DNA of 64,000 nucleotides from Eledone cirrhosa. Taxonomy: Eukaryota. Location of the stretch: assembly GCA_964016885.1 (NCBI GenBank), contig OZ024743.1:335854001-335918000 (forward strand), written 5' to 3'. Shown here piece after piece: positions 40,351 through 53,354 of this stretch. The translations under genes and the position numbers were made by a program. The notes under the pieces were generated by a model. The model was not told the origin of the DNA and made no database searches. It saw nothing but the letters and a program-made list of their open reading frames with translations. How positions within the stretch are numbered: the stretch's first letter is position 1; each line of letters starts with the position of its first letter.

Positions 40351-42065
40351 ATTATTAATTCCTGTCGCTTATTTAATAGGATATCCTTAGATTTCATTAT
40401 TTCGAAAAGTTCTTGGGAACACAATCTACATTCATTTCTACTATTTTGATAAGGGGTAGCTCTTTTGAGCACACTCCAGGTCATGTCATATTCTATATTC
40501 CTCTTTCTATAACTATTAATTTTTTCTGCTAGAGATGTTGTATTAGCTAGTGCGGCATTTTTAAAACTATGTTTGTGGGTATTAAATCTTACCTTAAAAT
40601 TGTTAGAAGTAGCTCCTATATATGAACAAATAGAGTCCTTAGTGTTAACTTTACATTTATATACTATGTTATTAACAAGGCAATTTCCTTTTAATGGGCA
40701 GTTTGCCTTGTTTCTACAGTTACAACTTTTCGTTAATCCTGTATTTGAGGAGATATTATGGCTAGTTTGATGTACTGGTGGTATACTTATGGTTTTTTTA
40801 CATTTATATGCATTATAGGCACTTATATTTTGTTTTATGTTTTTGGTTGTTGAGTATGAGAATTTAACTGTTGATCTATTTAAGATTTGATGGTATTTGT
40901 GGTTTGGCGGGAAGTTTTTCTCTAGGATATTAAAGAATTTTTTAGGTATATTATCCTTAACTTGTAAATTAAATGGAGCATTATACCAAGTAACTCGTCT
41001 ATTACGGTTTCTATGTTGTTTATTGTTTTTATAGGATGCATCCTGATGTTTACTAGGAGAATTATTGTTAATGACCTCTCCACACACATTTTTAGTTAGA
41101 TTTATTAATTTAGGTGTTTTAGCTTGTTTATTAGGAGTTTTATTATTAACATTTATTAGAGTTGTAGGATGAGTAGTTTTTTTAGAGTTACTATACTGTA
41201 TATTAGAGGAGTTAGAGAAATTTGGTTTTATGTTGGTATTTTGGGGTATAGTGTGAGTGGCATTTAGGTGTGTACTTTTCATTTGGTGTTTGTTGGTAAT
41301 ATAAGGTTGTATGTTTGTAGTGTTATTGGTAGAAGGTATATATTCCAATCTATTTTTGTGGCCACTTCTAGCTAGAGCTTCGTTATAAAAGGTCGCATTT
41401 TTATCAAATACATCTTGGTTAGACGAAAGGTTAGAAATTCTAAGTGATATATTATATGCAAGGTTTTTAAGGATATATTTAGGGTGATTAGATTGTGAGT
41501 GTATGTAGTGTACATTTTGGTTGGGTTTATGGTAAGGTTGGTAGATACCCGTAGCTAAGTCTAATGTTATATCTAGGAAATTAACTACTTTACTTGTGTT
41601 TTCAAAGGTAATATCTAGACTATAATAGTCTTTAAGGAAAGTTCTAATAAGCTTTTTGTTTTTTTCTATCTCTGAGAGGCTAAGGTTATTGGAAAGAAGA
41701 AGACAGTCGTCACGATATAAACCACATTTAAGGTGGGGAAAGGAAGCATTTATGTTAAAAAGAAGAAAGAGGCCCACAAGATCAGTAATTTGAGCAGAAT
41801 CACTTCTATTCTGTCTGTAGATTACAGACATACAGATACATTTGCCCTAAATTTTAGATTTACACACACTTTTTCACTATACGTATACATATGATCATAC
41901 ACATATATGCACATCTGTGAGCGTATTTACATACATATACACACACCTAACTATATTTCTTGATAGATGTTTATATATTTCAATCTCTATTTAATTTGTC
42001 TATTCAAAACCTGTTCCCAAACAGACCTATTGTATTGAATCTTTGTTCTTATCAATAAACAAGCA

Positions 42066-42206
42066 TCATTATTTCTGAAGACAGCATATATATGTGAAGG
42101 TATGTATATTCCCTCTGATAGATTGTATAATATTGTACATAGATCTATAGAATATGCATACCAATTCTAACACATATATGTCCTAGAAACGATCGTAAAA
42201 TAATGA
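42066..42206 (+). ncRNA. Type I hammerhead, mirror copy of 38114-38254
   Basis: Same core and helices in the inverted pseudo-LTR. Confidence 0.8.
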
Positions 42207-42399
42207 ACTTTTTTTGTTTAATATAAGGAACTGTTTCTTTGTTTATTCATTATTTTTTTAATAATTTATCTTGACTCTGTTTTCCGTTTATTTTTCACCG
42301 AAAGTAGTTTTTGAATGCATCTCTTCTTTTCATGATATCCGGATTACATCGAGTTCTTCATACGGATTGGACACTACCGTAAACTTTTGGTAGATTTAT

Positions 42400-42430
<31 letters not shown>

Positions 42431-42550
42431 GATTAGTTAAGCAAAACAAGACCACAAACTTCACAAGGAAGACATCATTAAAAGATTGTCAACATATTTT
42501 AGTTTGATGTAAGGAATGTAGAGAATAATAATAATAATAATATTAATAAT

Positions 42551-42740
42551 AATTGTTTCTACTTTAGGCACAAGGCCAGCAATTACCCAGTGCATTACTG
42601 GTACTTTATTTTATCGACCCCGTAAGGATGAAAGGCAAAGTCAACCTCGGCGGGATTTGAACTCAGATCGTAAAGGGACGTAACTATGCTGGAAAGCATG
42701 GCGTCCGACCCTCTACCCGATACTGCCAATCCACCGCCCA
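42551..42740 (-). mobile_element. SINE family B within an (AAT)n tract
   Basis: Homologous to 40171-40350. Confidence 0.85.
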
Positions 42741-42793
42741 ACCCAAATAATATTAACAATATTAATAATATTAATAATAATATTAATAATAAT

Positions 42794-45700
42794 GATTTCT
42801 TTATTAACCACAAGGGTTTACATAAAGTAGACATTAAGGACAGTACAGGACAATACAGGGCGGTACAAATGGGCATTTCTGCGTGTAAAAAAAAGAAACA
42901 GAGGATGTAATAATAGAACAATGAAAAAATTCCCCAATAGGGGGGAGACTTCCGAGGGATATTGGTGGAGAAAACCCATTAAAAATCCACAGTGACCCTG
43001 ACCACCAGGGCAAGTGCCCTCTCCCAGTTTTCCAACTTTAATTTACAGACACGTACTCAGAGTAGGCCATTCTTGCCTCTCTCACCCATCTTTCAACAAA
43101 ATGCTGGGAAGAGAGCACTTCCCTTTCTACCCTGATTTTCCTTTTCAAATGAAATTTGAAAAAGTTAATCAGGGCATCACCGAAGAGGTAAGTGCTCGTC
43201 TTCAGCCCTTTCAAACGTGTCCACCATACTATCTCTTTCGCCATGGCCACCAGACAGATAAAAACTGCCTGCCCTTCCCGGCTAAAGGAAGAGGGCGGGG
43301 CAAACCTCACGATGGACTCAGCTGATAGCTGGATCCGTTCTACACGCGACAGCAGGTGTTCGACATAAACCCCGAAAGTTCTTCCGAAGAGATTGGCTAG
43401 TTGATTTTCGTCGACGCCTAGAGTTTCCCCAAGTACGTCGTCGCTCTTCCTCTCCACTAATCCTCTATAGAACGCCAAGGTGGTGTTTCCACCGATCACT
43501 TTGCCCGATTGGTCGAGGGCTGTGAGCGCCTGAAGACATTCCAGTCTCCAAGCGCTCCCTCTCGGTCTTCACTTGACCCAGGACTGCAGCTCCGTCAAGG
43601 AGATGAGCTGGGGAAATACGTGTCTAGCAAACGGAGACCACACCTGATCACCGTCGAGGAAGAGGTGGAGATGTCGTAGCCTGAGCGCGTGTCTGCGCAT
43701 CATCAGCCGCGGCATTCCCAGCCCTCCACGTAGCGGGTGTTGACAGCAGATCGCCCGTCTGACCATCGGAGCGCGTCCCTTCCACAAAAAGCGAAAGAGC
43801 AAACGCTCCAGCGCAGTCAGGCGGGGCTTAGGACAAGGTACGACGGTCAGGGGATAGTAGATGACGGACGCGATATACGCGTTAGCCACCTCCGCTCGAC
43901 CTTTCAGGGATAGCTTCCTCTCGGCCCATTTCTGAGTGAGAGAAGCCACCCTGCTCGTCACCTCGTCCCAGTTTTTGTCCGTCTGGAGATCCGGACCGAA
44001 CCAGACCACGAGCAATTTAACTGGTCCGTCCGTCCAGTGCCCGACGACGCTGTTGGACGGCATGGACCTGCCTCTCCAGGTGCCGAGCTGCAGGCCCACT
44101 GACTTTTCCTGGTTGATCGTTGCTCCTGTCACCGCTTCGTATTCTCTTAGTGTAGTGCCGATCGCCTCGATGTGTTTGGCGTTCGACACCACTACGGTGA
44201 CATCGTCCGCATATGCTGACACGGATCTTCCGCATCCTAGTTCGCGCGGTCCCCCCTCAACGTCTCCAGTTTGTGCAGTAATGGCTCGAGAGTCAATACG
44301 TACAAGAGGGACGAGAGGGACATCCTTGGCGGACCGAGCGCATGATGTTGAACGGTTCCGAAAGGTGATCGTTCACTGTCACCACAGAGCAGATGTCGCA
44401 GTGCATGGCAGCGATCCAGCCTCTGAAGACGGGCCCAAAGCCAGCCGCCCTCAAGACTGCCGCTAGGTAACGATGGTCGACCCTATCGAAAGCTTTCGAC
44501 TGATCTAAATTGATCAAGGACCCACCCGTGCCAGGTTCCCTAGCTACCCTCTCTACATGTATCGCATGAGGTGGAGGTTGTCGTGGATGGATCTGTCGGG
44601 AATGGCGCATGTCTGCGCCTCTCCCCCCAGACCACCAAGGACAAGCACCGACCTCTTTGCTAGCGCCTTGGCCAAAATCTTGAACTCTTTGTATAGCAGA
44701 GTTATGGGCCTAAAATTATCTAAGTTATCCCCCTTGTTCGGATCCTTTCTCAGCAGCGCCACAGCTCCTCGGCTCACAGAGCTGGGAATTCTCCCGTTCT
44801 GTAGACGTCCGCCAAGAGGCCTCCGAACAAGTCTGGCATCTGTACGTAAAGTTCATAGGGCAGACCATCCAAACCAGGCGATTAACCCCTTGTGCAGCTA
44901 GTCATTGCCTCCCGTACTTCAGCGGCTGTTATCGGCTTTTCGCACCACTCCGCCTCAGTGGCCGAGAGCCGCGGCAGTCCGTCGAGGTAGACACTAAAGT
45001 CCATCCCTCGATCCGGCCCGCTGCTGCCCCCGAACAACTGAGCGAAATGTCGCTGAAAAGCTTCACACATTTGCCCGGGATCGAGTAGCATGCGCCCGTC
45101 GTGGTCCACCAAAGACCGGATCGTGGCTTTGTTGCCACGATGCGCCTCCGCCACTCGGGCCCATTGAACGGCTTTCGTCCCTTCGTGTCTGGGAGCACGC
45201 ACCCTAGCTCTGACAACGTAGATTTTCTAACTAATTCTCCCTCTGCTCTATTTTTCTCTATTGCTAAAGCCTTACTAAACCTAATGGACTCTATTCTAAT
45301 TGCTCTTTTCAGAGCAAACCACCACTTGTTGTTGACGATGGCCCTCGTCAACGCTCGCTTAACTAGTTCGCTAATCCGGTCTCTGTAGGCCTTGCGCGCT
45401 GGTAAGGACGCGTTTAGCTTCCAGTAGCCGGGTCCTCGTCTATGAAGCCTATCTAAGTCAAGTACACAGATCACGAATTTGTGGTCCGTGTAGCTGACTA
45501 TCTTGAATTGTAGACAGCCTATGCTGGACCTATCTATTTCTCTACAAAATACTCTATCTAGATATGATCTGGATGACCCTATACGATTTGTCCAAGTCCA
45601 CATTGGCACATTCGGGAAATCCAATCGGTACCTGCCAGACAGTTCAAAACGCCTGAGCAGGTTGGTGAGGCTCTTGCACCCTCCTCCCCTATCCGCTAAT

Positions 45701-48343
45701 CCCACACAGTCCCAGCGTGCATCTAAGATCCCGTTCCAGTCGCCCACTAACACTAAAGAGCGCGACGTTCCAAGAAAGGTCTCCAGACGCCGGAAGAAAT
45801 CAGGCCACCCTGCTACTGTCGGGGCATAGACGGCCACTAGCCTGAAAGCTTGCCCGTCTCCGCTAGTCACGTCTAGCACCACCAACTTACCTTCTGGGTC
45901 CAGGAAGATGGCCCGTATGGCGAGATCCAAACCTCTCCGAAAAAGCACAGCAACTCCTCCCCCGATCCAGGACGGCTGGGAGATGCGTACACATCGTCGC
46001 TGCCGAAGATCGGTGCGAAGGCCCGTGCTTCGAGGATTCTGGTCTCGCTGATGGCCACTACATCTATGTTTAGTGACCTGAGGTCGTTGAGCAGGTGGCC
46101 CTGCTACCATGACGACCCCAAGCCACGCGCATTTATGCTGCCTATTCTGAGTGAGGTCATGTTGAAATGGAGTGGAAAAGATGGGAAAGACCACTTACCT
46201 TACTTCTCGTAGAGGAAGGATGGGTTGTCCATCTTTTTCACTGCTTGTGGCCTCCTCCGGAAGGATGTCCTTATAAATCCTCCTGGAGAATGTTTGTCGG
46301 AAGTCTCCGATATCTTTGGGGAATTTTTGTTTTAGTGTCGTGTACCTTTTCTGTGTGATGCGAGTGATTTGTATGTGTGGAGGTGGTGTGAACTTTTGGG
46401 TTGTTGTGTAGTCTTTTTCTGTGATGCTGGTGTTGTGTTGCATGTAGTGGTGTAATAATTGGTTGTTGTTCAAATTTAATGCTGTGTAGTGTGTATCGTT
46501 TTGGTTGTTTTGTTTTGTTTGCGTTTGTTGTGGGTTTGTTTCTGTTACGCTTTTTGGTGACTTTTGTGGTGTTGGTGATGGTGGTGTTGGGGTTAATGAT
46601 GGTGATGGTGTTGGTGTTTGTGGTGATGGGGTTGGTGATGCTGGTGTGGATGGTCGCATATCTGTCTTAACTTTCTTGTTCGATTATTTATTTGTTTCCC
46701 TCTGTATTTTGTTTTTGGAGGGGGAAGGAAGAGAATTTTTTCTTTTTTGGTTTCTTTTTTTTTTTCTTTTTTCCTGATACCGTTTCCCACTCCTCGTCGT
46801 CACAATCTGTCTCCAGTTGCGATAAGCCGGGGAGTGGAAAATCCTCCACAGGCGTTGGTTTTAGTTGTGGCGTGGTGGATGGTATAGGCGCTGGTGCTAG
46901 TTCTGGGGCGTTGGGTGGAGCTGGTGTTGGTTTTGCTACTGTTGCTGGGGTTGTTGCTGTTACAGTTGCTTCTGTTGTTGCTGCTACAGTTGTTGCTGCT
47001 ATTTCTGCTGCTGGTAGTGTTGATGGTTGAGTCACTGGGGTGGGTAAGAGAGGTGGACTCAACCATTTAGCCTGAGGGCAGAAAGCCCTTAGGTGGGTTC
47101 CTCCACCATAAACGACACACTTAGGTCTTCTGCCCTCGACGATTACGGTGAGGTGGCTGCCGTCAGTGAGGTCTATTACCTCTGGGATCTCTTCAATGCT
47201 TTTATGGTCCGCTTGGATCAGGAGCTCCATCCCAGATCCGGACCAGTTCTGCTGCTTTTCTTTTGCTATTTCTATTATTTTGGTGTTGGCCTCGATGCCG
47301 GCGGGGACGGCAGCCATTAGCCAGGGAATTTCGATGGCCGGTGGAACGTGGGTCACCCTGATCTTCACAAGTCTCTGGCCACAATAGCTTGGGATGAGTG
47401 TGAAGTCGTCACTTCTTAATGGGGCCATGGAGTGTTCTCTGGCCTCCTGTGGTGTTTCAAAGAACACGTCCACGGTTCCATACTTCTGCCCACGTCTGAT
47501 GTGGGTTTTTTTTGCCCACACATGTCCCAAAGCTTTTTGGATTTGGGACTCAGATACCCGTTCCACTCGGCGCGATTTTATGTTTATTGTCCGATAAGAC
47601 ACGGTGCATAGGCGACGTTGCTCCATTTTATTAGGTGGGGGTGAGGCTGACCCTGTACCCATCTTTCTTTACCATTCCTTTGGCTTCGTCTAATTCTTCC
47701 TGAGTTACCTGAATCGCTTCGTACGTTTTTGCTACTCTGGGTAGTTTTCTTAATTTCATTGTTGCTGTTGTTATTATCGTTATTTTTGCTATTGTTAATT
47801 TTAGTTTCAGTTGTGGTGGTGGTGGAATCAGTGGTGTTCGGTATGGAATAGGTTCATTTTGGTTGAATTCATTTCGATATCATGAGTTGATTTTTTTTCT
47901 TTTGTTTCTGTTGTCGCTGTGGTGGTGGTGGGGGGGGGTTGTCGCGGTGGCGGCGGCTTTAACACCTGCAGTCATTGGTAATGGCGGGAAATGAACGTCT
48001 GCCTGAGACAAATTTAAAACATTGCTACTGCTTACAACTCCAATGTTGGCAAACGTAACAATGTTTACAATGGTGGTGTCGGTGTGAGGTGTTGGATTGT
48101 GAGGAAGGAGTGAATCTGAGTCATCCATTATTTTTCAAAAAAAAAATTTTTTTTGATAATTATAAAAAGTTTAAATTTTGGACTCAAGGCCCCAATATTT
48201 TTGAGTGTCCTTTTCAGAAATCAATGTATGTGCACTTATATATAGTTAACAATAAAAAATTTCCATAAATGGCAATTTTAAATAACTGAAAATAACAAAC
48301 CTTTGCGGAGCTCACGATGATACGATTTACTACGTAGGTCGCC
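42794..48343 (-). mobile_element. Tx1/L1-clade LINE, both ends present, decayed (ORF1 about 46195-48128; ORF2 43043-46160)
   Basis: Same endonuclease, YADD and knuckle motifs as 8584-14437 with several deletions; AATAAA at the 3' end; (AAT)n on both sides. Confidence 0.92.
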
Positions 48344-48392
<49 letters not shown>

Positions 48393-48489
48393 TCCGTTTA
48401 CAATAGTTTCGCTACTCCATATAATATTTCTGAATCAGATGACTATATATCATAATTGATCGGGTTCAGTTGAAAATAATTAACATATT

Positions 48490-48523
<34 letters not shown>

Positions 48524-49108
48524 GCGGCGATGAATTAGTTTTGCGAGGTTTTTTATATGAAATCGTGTGTCGAAACAGATATTGTTATATTTGGGGAGGG
48601 TCATATTAGCGTAATATTGCCAGAATTAATAACAGAACACACTCACTGTTTGGTTGGTTTTCGCTTCTCGCTGTCTTTTATATATATATATCTGCGATCT
48701 AACTTACTCGGTCCTCAATGTTGCCATTGACTGACCGGCGGTCAAAAATAATACAGATACAATATAGACAAACACATATATATATAGTTTACATAAATCT
48801 TTCGTTGCACATCTGCAACATCGTCAGTGGTGTTATATTCATTGTTCCTCCTGTTGTGTTGTATGTCTACGCCATTTTTTTTGTTTTTTTTGTTCAGTCT
48901 GTCTATATATTTATTTATTTATTTGCTTGTTTGTTTATCTTATTTTATTTTGTCTTCTTTGCGCATGCGTTTGCGTGTGTGTATAGTGTTATGTGTGATG
49001 TGTGACTAGTGTGTATAGTGTTGTGTCTGCTGGGTGACTAGTGTGTGTTTATGTGCTTGTGTATGTGTTTATTTATCTTATTTTATTTAATTTAATTTAC
49101 TTATTTAT

Positions 49109-51265
49109 TTATACTTCTCTTAGGTCAGTGTTGTTTGTTTGGGTGTTGTTGTTGTTCCACTCATTCTTTCTGTTTAGCTTTGGTCTTCTAATTTCTATTT
49201 CACTGGCCTCTCTGATTTGCCTATCTGCTGGGTCATTCCTATGTTTAGATATTATTCTAATTTCTATGTTGTCTATGTTACCGTCATGATGTTGTCTAGC
49301 ATGTTCGTATAGTACTGACCCGTTTTTTCGTCCTTTTAGTTCCCCCCAGTGTTGGTCTATCCTTTCACCTATGCTACGAGCTGTCTCACCTATGTATGTT
49401 GTTGTCGTGTTTCTGCAAGTACCCTCTGTACATCTTATGCTATAGACTACGTTTCTAGTTTTACAGTTTATCCGGGGGTTCACCTTACATATGATACATT
49501 TCCTATTGGTACAGTGGGTTTTCTTAAAAGGGTAGGTTTTGCTGATCAGGGATTTTATGGTGGTTCCTGGCTTTTCTACCACCTTTATTTTTAAGTGGGT
49601 CTTTCTCAGGGCCTTTCTACACTGGTTGGCTAATTTCCCTCCAGGGGTGGCGTCCACAAACATGACACTCTGATATCTCTGGTTGTCGTACCATGATGTG
49701 GCCTTCCCTATTTTATGTCTAGCCCTATCTAAGCTATTCCATGATTTGCTCCTGTATAGTGGGCAAATTCCTTTCATGTCCAGTTCTATGAGGGTCTTAT
49801 ACTTTTCCATGGCTCCTTCGTATACTCTGACTCTGTCTCTTTGGTTGTAGCCAGAGAACTGCATGCGGTTGATGAAGTGTTGGATGTGTCCTTCCATTTC
49901 TGTTGGGTCGCACATGCTGGACACATTCTTCATCACTCGTACCAAATCTGCGATCAGAATATTAAACTTAGCACTACTGGACATTGCTGAGTTTTTGAGT
50001 ATCAGGTATTTGGAGGCCATGGGTTTAGCATAGTGTGAGTGGAGAATTTGGGCTCTCTCGTCTATAGTGTTGATCCAGAGTTCTGTGTCTAATACAGGTA
50101 GTCTATTGTTAGGGTGTTTGGAAGGGAAGTCTATAGTTACAGTTATACTCTGGTGTATGGAATTAGCTATCTGCTGGATGCTTTCCATCGTGCTACGTTC
50201 TAAATCAAACTTGTTAGTGCTCTCTAGTGGGGGTGTTCTTATAACTATATTGATATCGTCTACATAACGAGAGTACATGATGAGGTCTATGGAGCTTTCA
50301 TTAAGGAGATCTTTAAGTCTCCTTTCCCACCATACCATGAAAAGGTTGGCAACATCGCCAGCTATGCTGACGCCGATGGCTGCTCCCTCATTTTGGGTGT
50401 AGATTTTCTCATTGAACTTAAATATGTGGCCCTTTAGGGTAGTTTTGATACTAGCCCCTATTGCATGTGCGACCATTTTTCTTACCTGATCAGTGTTTTG
50501 GGGGGTCCGTATAGCTTTGGTCCACCCAATCCACCTTCCTATGGGAGTCTTTTTAGCCATTGAGGTTATGGTGGGGGGTCTACCTCTTATAGGTCTACTA
50601 GGGCAGAAACATCTAAGGTCATGGCTGTCTAGGTAGTCAGTGTCGTAGGTAAGTCTAAGTAGGAGGCCCAGTTCGTCTGTGTCGACGTCGCAGAACTCCA
50701 CCTCACTCTCAATGATCATCTCCACACATCTTTTCACAGCAAAATCAATGTTAATGGATGGGTACAGTGACACCACATCCATGCTGCCTATTATGCAGTT
50801 GGATAGGCTCCTGTTTTTGTTGCACTCACTGATTCTGCTGAGGAGGTCCTCTGTACTTTCACATACATCTGGGGACATCTTGATTATGGGGCGTATAACC
50901 ATTGAGAGGAAGTAGGAGATCCTGTAGTTGCTAGCTATATTAGCTCCGCATACAGGTCTTGTTGGTGGTCCTATTGTCGGGTCGTCGACAGTCTTGTGGT
51001 CTTTGCGGAGCCCATACAAGGGTGGTATGCCATTGTTAGACGCCTGGAAGTTGTTGGCAGTGCGTCTGCTTGGTTTTAGGATGTCAGTCCACATCATCAT
51101 GTGAGCGTTGAGGATTTTTTCTCTCCCATCGTGTGTTAGTTGTGCAACTTCGCTCGTGTTGGTGATGTGGGGTTGCATTGCCTCGATGTAGTTCGGCATG
51201 CTATCTATTGACATCCTACCAGACTTATCTGTGGGTAAGTCTGGTAGGATGTCAATAGATAGCAT
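49109..51265 (-). CDS. Penelope-like reverse transcriptase / GIY-YIG endonuclease, 5'-truncated
   Basis: TDKSG, LYGLRKDHK, RPV, MDVVSLYPS, GAAIG, RYVDD, Cys-rich linker, VVY..YIGET; no internal stops. Confidence 0.88.
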   Translation of the reverse strand: MLSIDILPDLPTDKSGRMSIDSMPNYIEAMQPHITNTSEVAQLTHDGREKILNAHMMMWTDILKPSRRTANNFQASNNGIPPLYGLRKDHKTVDDPTIGPPTRPVCGANIASNYRISYFLSMVIRPIIKMSPDVCESTEDLLSRISECNKNRSLSNCIIGSMDVVSLYPSINIDFAVKRCVEMIIESEVEFCDVDTDELGLLLRLTYDTDYLDSHDLRCFCPSRPIRGRPPTITSMAKKTPIGRWIGWTKAIRTPQNTDQVRKMVAHAIGASIKTTLKGHIFKFNEKIYTQNEGAAIGVSIAGDVANLFMVWWERRLKDLLNESSIDLIMYSRYVDDINIVIRTPPLESTNKFDLERSTMESIQQIANSIHQSITVTIDFPSKHPNNRLPVLDTELWINTIDERAQILHSHYAKPMASKYLILKNSAMSSSAKFNILIADLVRVMKNVSSMCDPTEMEGHIQHFINRMQFSGYNQRDRVRVYEGAMEKYKTLIELDMKGICPLYRSKSWNSLDRARHKIGKATSWYDNQRYQSVMFVDATPGGKLANQCRKALRKTHLKIKVVEKPGTTIKSLISKTYPFKKTHCTNRKCIICKVNPRINCKTRNVVYSIRCTEGTCRNTTTTYIGETARSIGERIDQHWGELKGRKNGSVLYEHARQHHDGNIDNIEIRIISKHRNDPADRQIREASEIEIRRPKLNRKNEWNNNNTQTNNTDLREV

Positions 51266-53354
51266 GCCGAACTACATCGAGGCAATGCAACCCCACATCA
51301 CCAACACGAGCGAAGTTGCACAACTAACACACGATGGGAGAGAAAAAATCCTCAACGCTCACATGATGATGTGGACTGACATCCTAAAACCAAGCAGACG
51401 CACTGCCAACAACTTCCAGGCGTCTAACAATGGCATACCACCCTTGTATGGGCTCCGCAAAGACCACAAGACTGTCGACGACCCGACAATAGGACCACCA
51501 ACAAGACCTGTATGCGGAGCTAATATAGCTAGCAACTACAGGATCTCCTACTTCCTCTCAATGGTTATACGCCCCATAATCAAGATGTCCCCAGATGTAT
51601 GTGAAAGTACAGAGGACCTCCTCAGCAGAATCAGTGAGTGCAACAAAAACAGGAGCCTATCCAACTGCATAATAGGCAGCATGGATGTGGTGTCACTGTA
51701 CCCATCCATTAACATTGATTTTGCTGTGAAAAGATGTGTGGAGATGATCATTGAGAGTGAGGTGGAGTTCTGCGACGTCGACACAGACGAACTGGGCCTC
51801 CTACTTAGACTTACCTACGACACTGACTACCTAGACAGCCATGACCTTAGATGTTTCTGCCCTAGTAGACCTATAAGAGGTAGACCCCCCACCATAACCT
51901 CAATGGCTAAAAAGACTCCCATAGGAAGGTGGATTGGGTGGACCAAAGCTATACGGACCCCCCAAAACACTGATCAGGTAAGAAAAATGGTCGCACATGC
52001 AATAGGGGCTAGTATCAAAACTACCCTAAAGGGCCACATATTTAAGTTCAATGAGAAAATCTACACCCAAAATGAGGGAGCAGCCATCGGCGTCAGCATA
52101 GCTGGCGATGTTGCCAACCTTTTCATGGTATGGTGGGAAAGGAGACTTAAAGATCTCCTTAATGAAAGCTCCATAGACCTCATCATGTACTCTCGTTATG
52201 TAGACGATATCAATATAGTTATAAGAACACCCCCACTAGAGAGCACTAACAAGTTTGATTTAGAACGTAGCACGATGGAAAGCATCCAGCAGATAGCTAA
52301 TTCCATACACCAGAGTATAACTGTAACTATAGACTTCCCTTCCAAACACCCTAACAATAGACTACCTGTATTAGACACAGAACTCTGGATCAACACTATA
52401 GACGAGAGAGCCCAAATTCTCCACTCACACTATGCTAAACCCATGGCCTCCAAATACCTGATACTCAAAAACTCAGCAATGTCCAGTAGTGCTAAGTTTA
52501 ATATTCTGATCGCAGATTTGGTACGAGTGATGAAGAATGTGTCCAGCATGTGCGACCCAACAGAAATGGAAGGACACATCCAACACTTCATCAACCGCAT
52601 GCAGTTCTCTGGCTACAACCAAAGAGACAGAGTCAGAGTATACGAAGGAGCCATGGAAAAGTATAAGACCCTCATAGAACTGGACATGAAAGGAATTTGC
52701 CCACTATACAGGAGCAAATCATGGAATAGCTTAGATAGGGCTAGACATAAAATAGGGAAGGCCACATCATGGTACGACAACCAGAGATATCAGAGTGTCA
52801 TGTTTGTGGACGCCACCCCTGGAGGGAAATTAGCCAACCAGTGTAGAAAGGCCCTGAGAAAGACCCACTTAAAAATAAAGGTGGTAGAAAAGCCAGGAAC
52901 CACCATAAAATCCCTGATCAGCAAAACCTACCCTTTTAAGAAAACCCACTGTACCAATAGGAAATGTATCATATGTAAGGTGAACCCCCGGATAAACTGT
53001 AAAACTAGAAACGTAGTCTATAGCATAAGATGTACAGAGGGTACTTGCAGAAACACGACAACAACATACATAGGTGAGACAGCTCGTAGCATAGGTGAAA
53101 GGATAGACCAACACTGGGGGGAACTAAAAGGACGAAAAAACGGGTCAGTACTATACGAACATGCTAGACAACATCATGACGGTAACATAGACAACATAGA
53201 AATTAGAATAATATCTAAACATAGGAATGACCCAGCAGATAGGCAAATCAGAGAGGCCAGTGAAATAGAAATTAGAAGACCAAAGCTAAACAGAAAGAAT
53301 GAGTGGAACAACAACAACACCCAAACAAACAACACTGACCTAAGAGAAGTATAA
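51198..53354 (+). CDS. Penelope-like RT / GIY-YIG, mirror copy
   Basis: Identical to the minus copy except SVG versus PTD at residues 11-13. Confidence 0.88.
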   Translation: MLSIDILPDLSVGKSGRMSIDSMPNYIEAMQPHITNTSEVAQLTHDGREKILNAHMMMWTDILKPSRRTANNFQASNNGIPPLYGLRKDHKTVDDPTIGPPTRPVCGANIASNYRISYFLSMVIRPIIKMSPDVCESTEDLLSRISECNKNRSLSNCIIGSMDVVSLYPSINIDFAVKRCVEMIIESEVEFCDVDTDELGLLLRLTYDTDYLDSHDLRCFCPSRPIRGRPPTITSMAKKTPIGRWIGWTKAIRTPQNTDQVRKMVAHAIGASIKTTLKGHIFKFNEKIYTQNEGAAIGVSIAGDVANLFMVWWERRLKDLLNESSIDLIMYSRYVDDINIVIRTPPLESTNKFDLERSTMESIQQIANSIHQSITVTIDFPSKHPNNRLPVLDTELWINTIDERAQILHSHYAKPMASKYLILKNSAMSSSAKFNILIADLVRVMKNVSSMCDPTEMEGHIQHFINRMQFSGYNQRDRVRVYEGAMEKYKTLIELDMKGICPLYRSKSWNSLDRARHKIGKATSWYDNQRYQSVMFVDATPGGKLANQCRKALRKTHLKIKVVEKPGTTIKSLISKTYPFKKTHCTNRKCIICKVNPRINCKTRNVVYSIRCTEGTCRNTTTTYIGETARSIGERIDQHWGELKGRKNGSVLYEHARQHHDGNIDNIEIRIISKHRNDPADRQIREASEIEIRRPKLNRKNEWNNNNTQTNNTDLREV

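Larger units (their letters stand above)
38051..42269 (-). mobile_element. Penelope-like element, 5'-truncated, with inverted pseudo-LTRs (38051-38515 and 41805-42269)
   Basis: GLYRDD, VNFLDITLDL, WYNAPF, CNCR..CPLKGNCL, IVY..YIG, CRLC, LNKRQEL; motif set resembles the Naiad clade. Confidence 0.88.
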
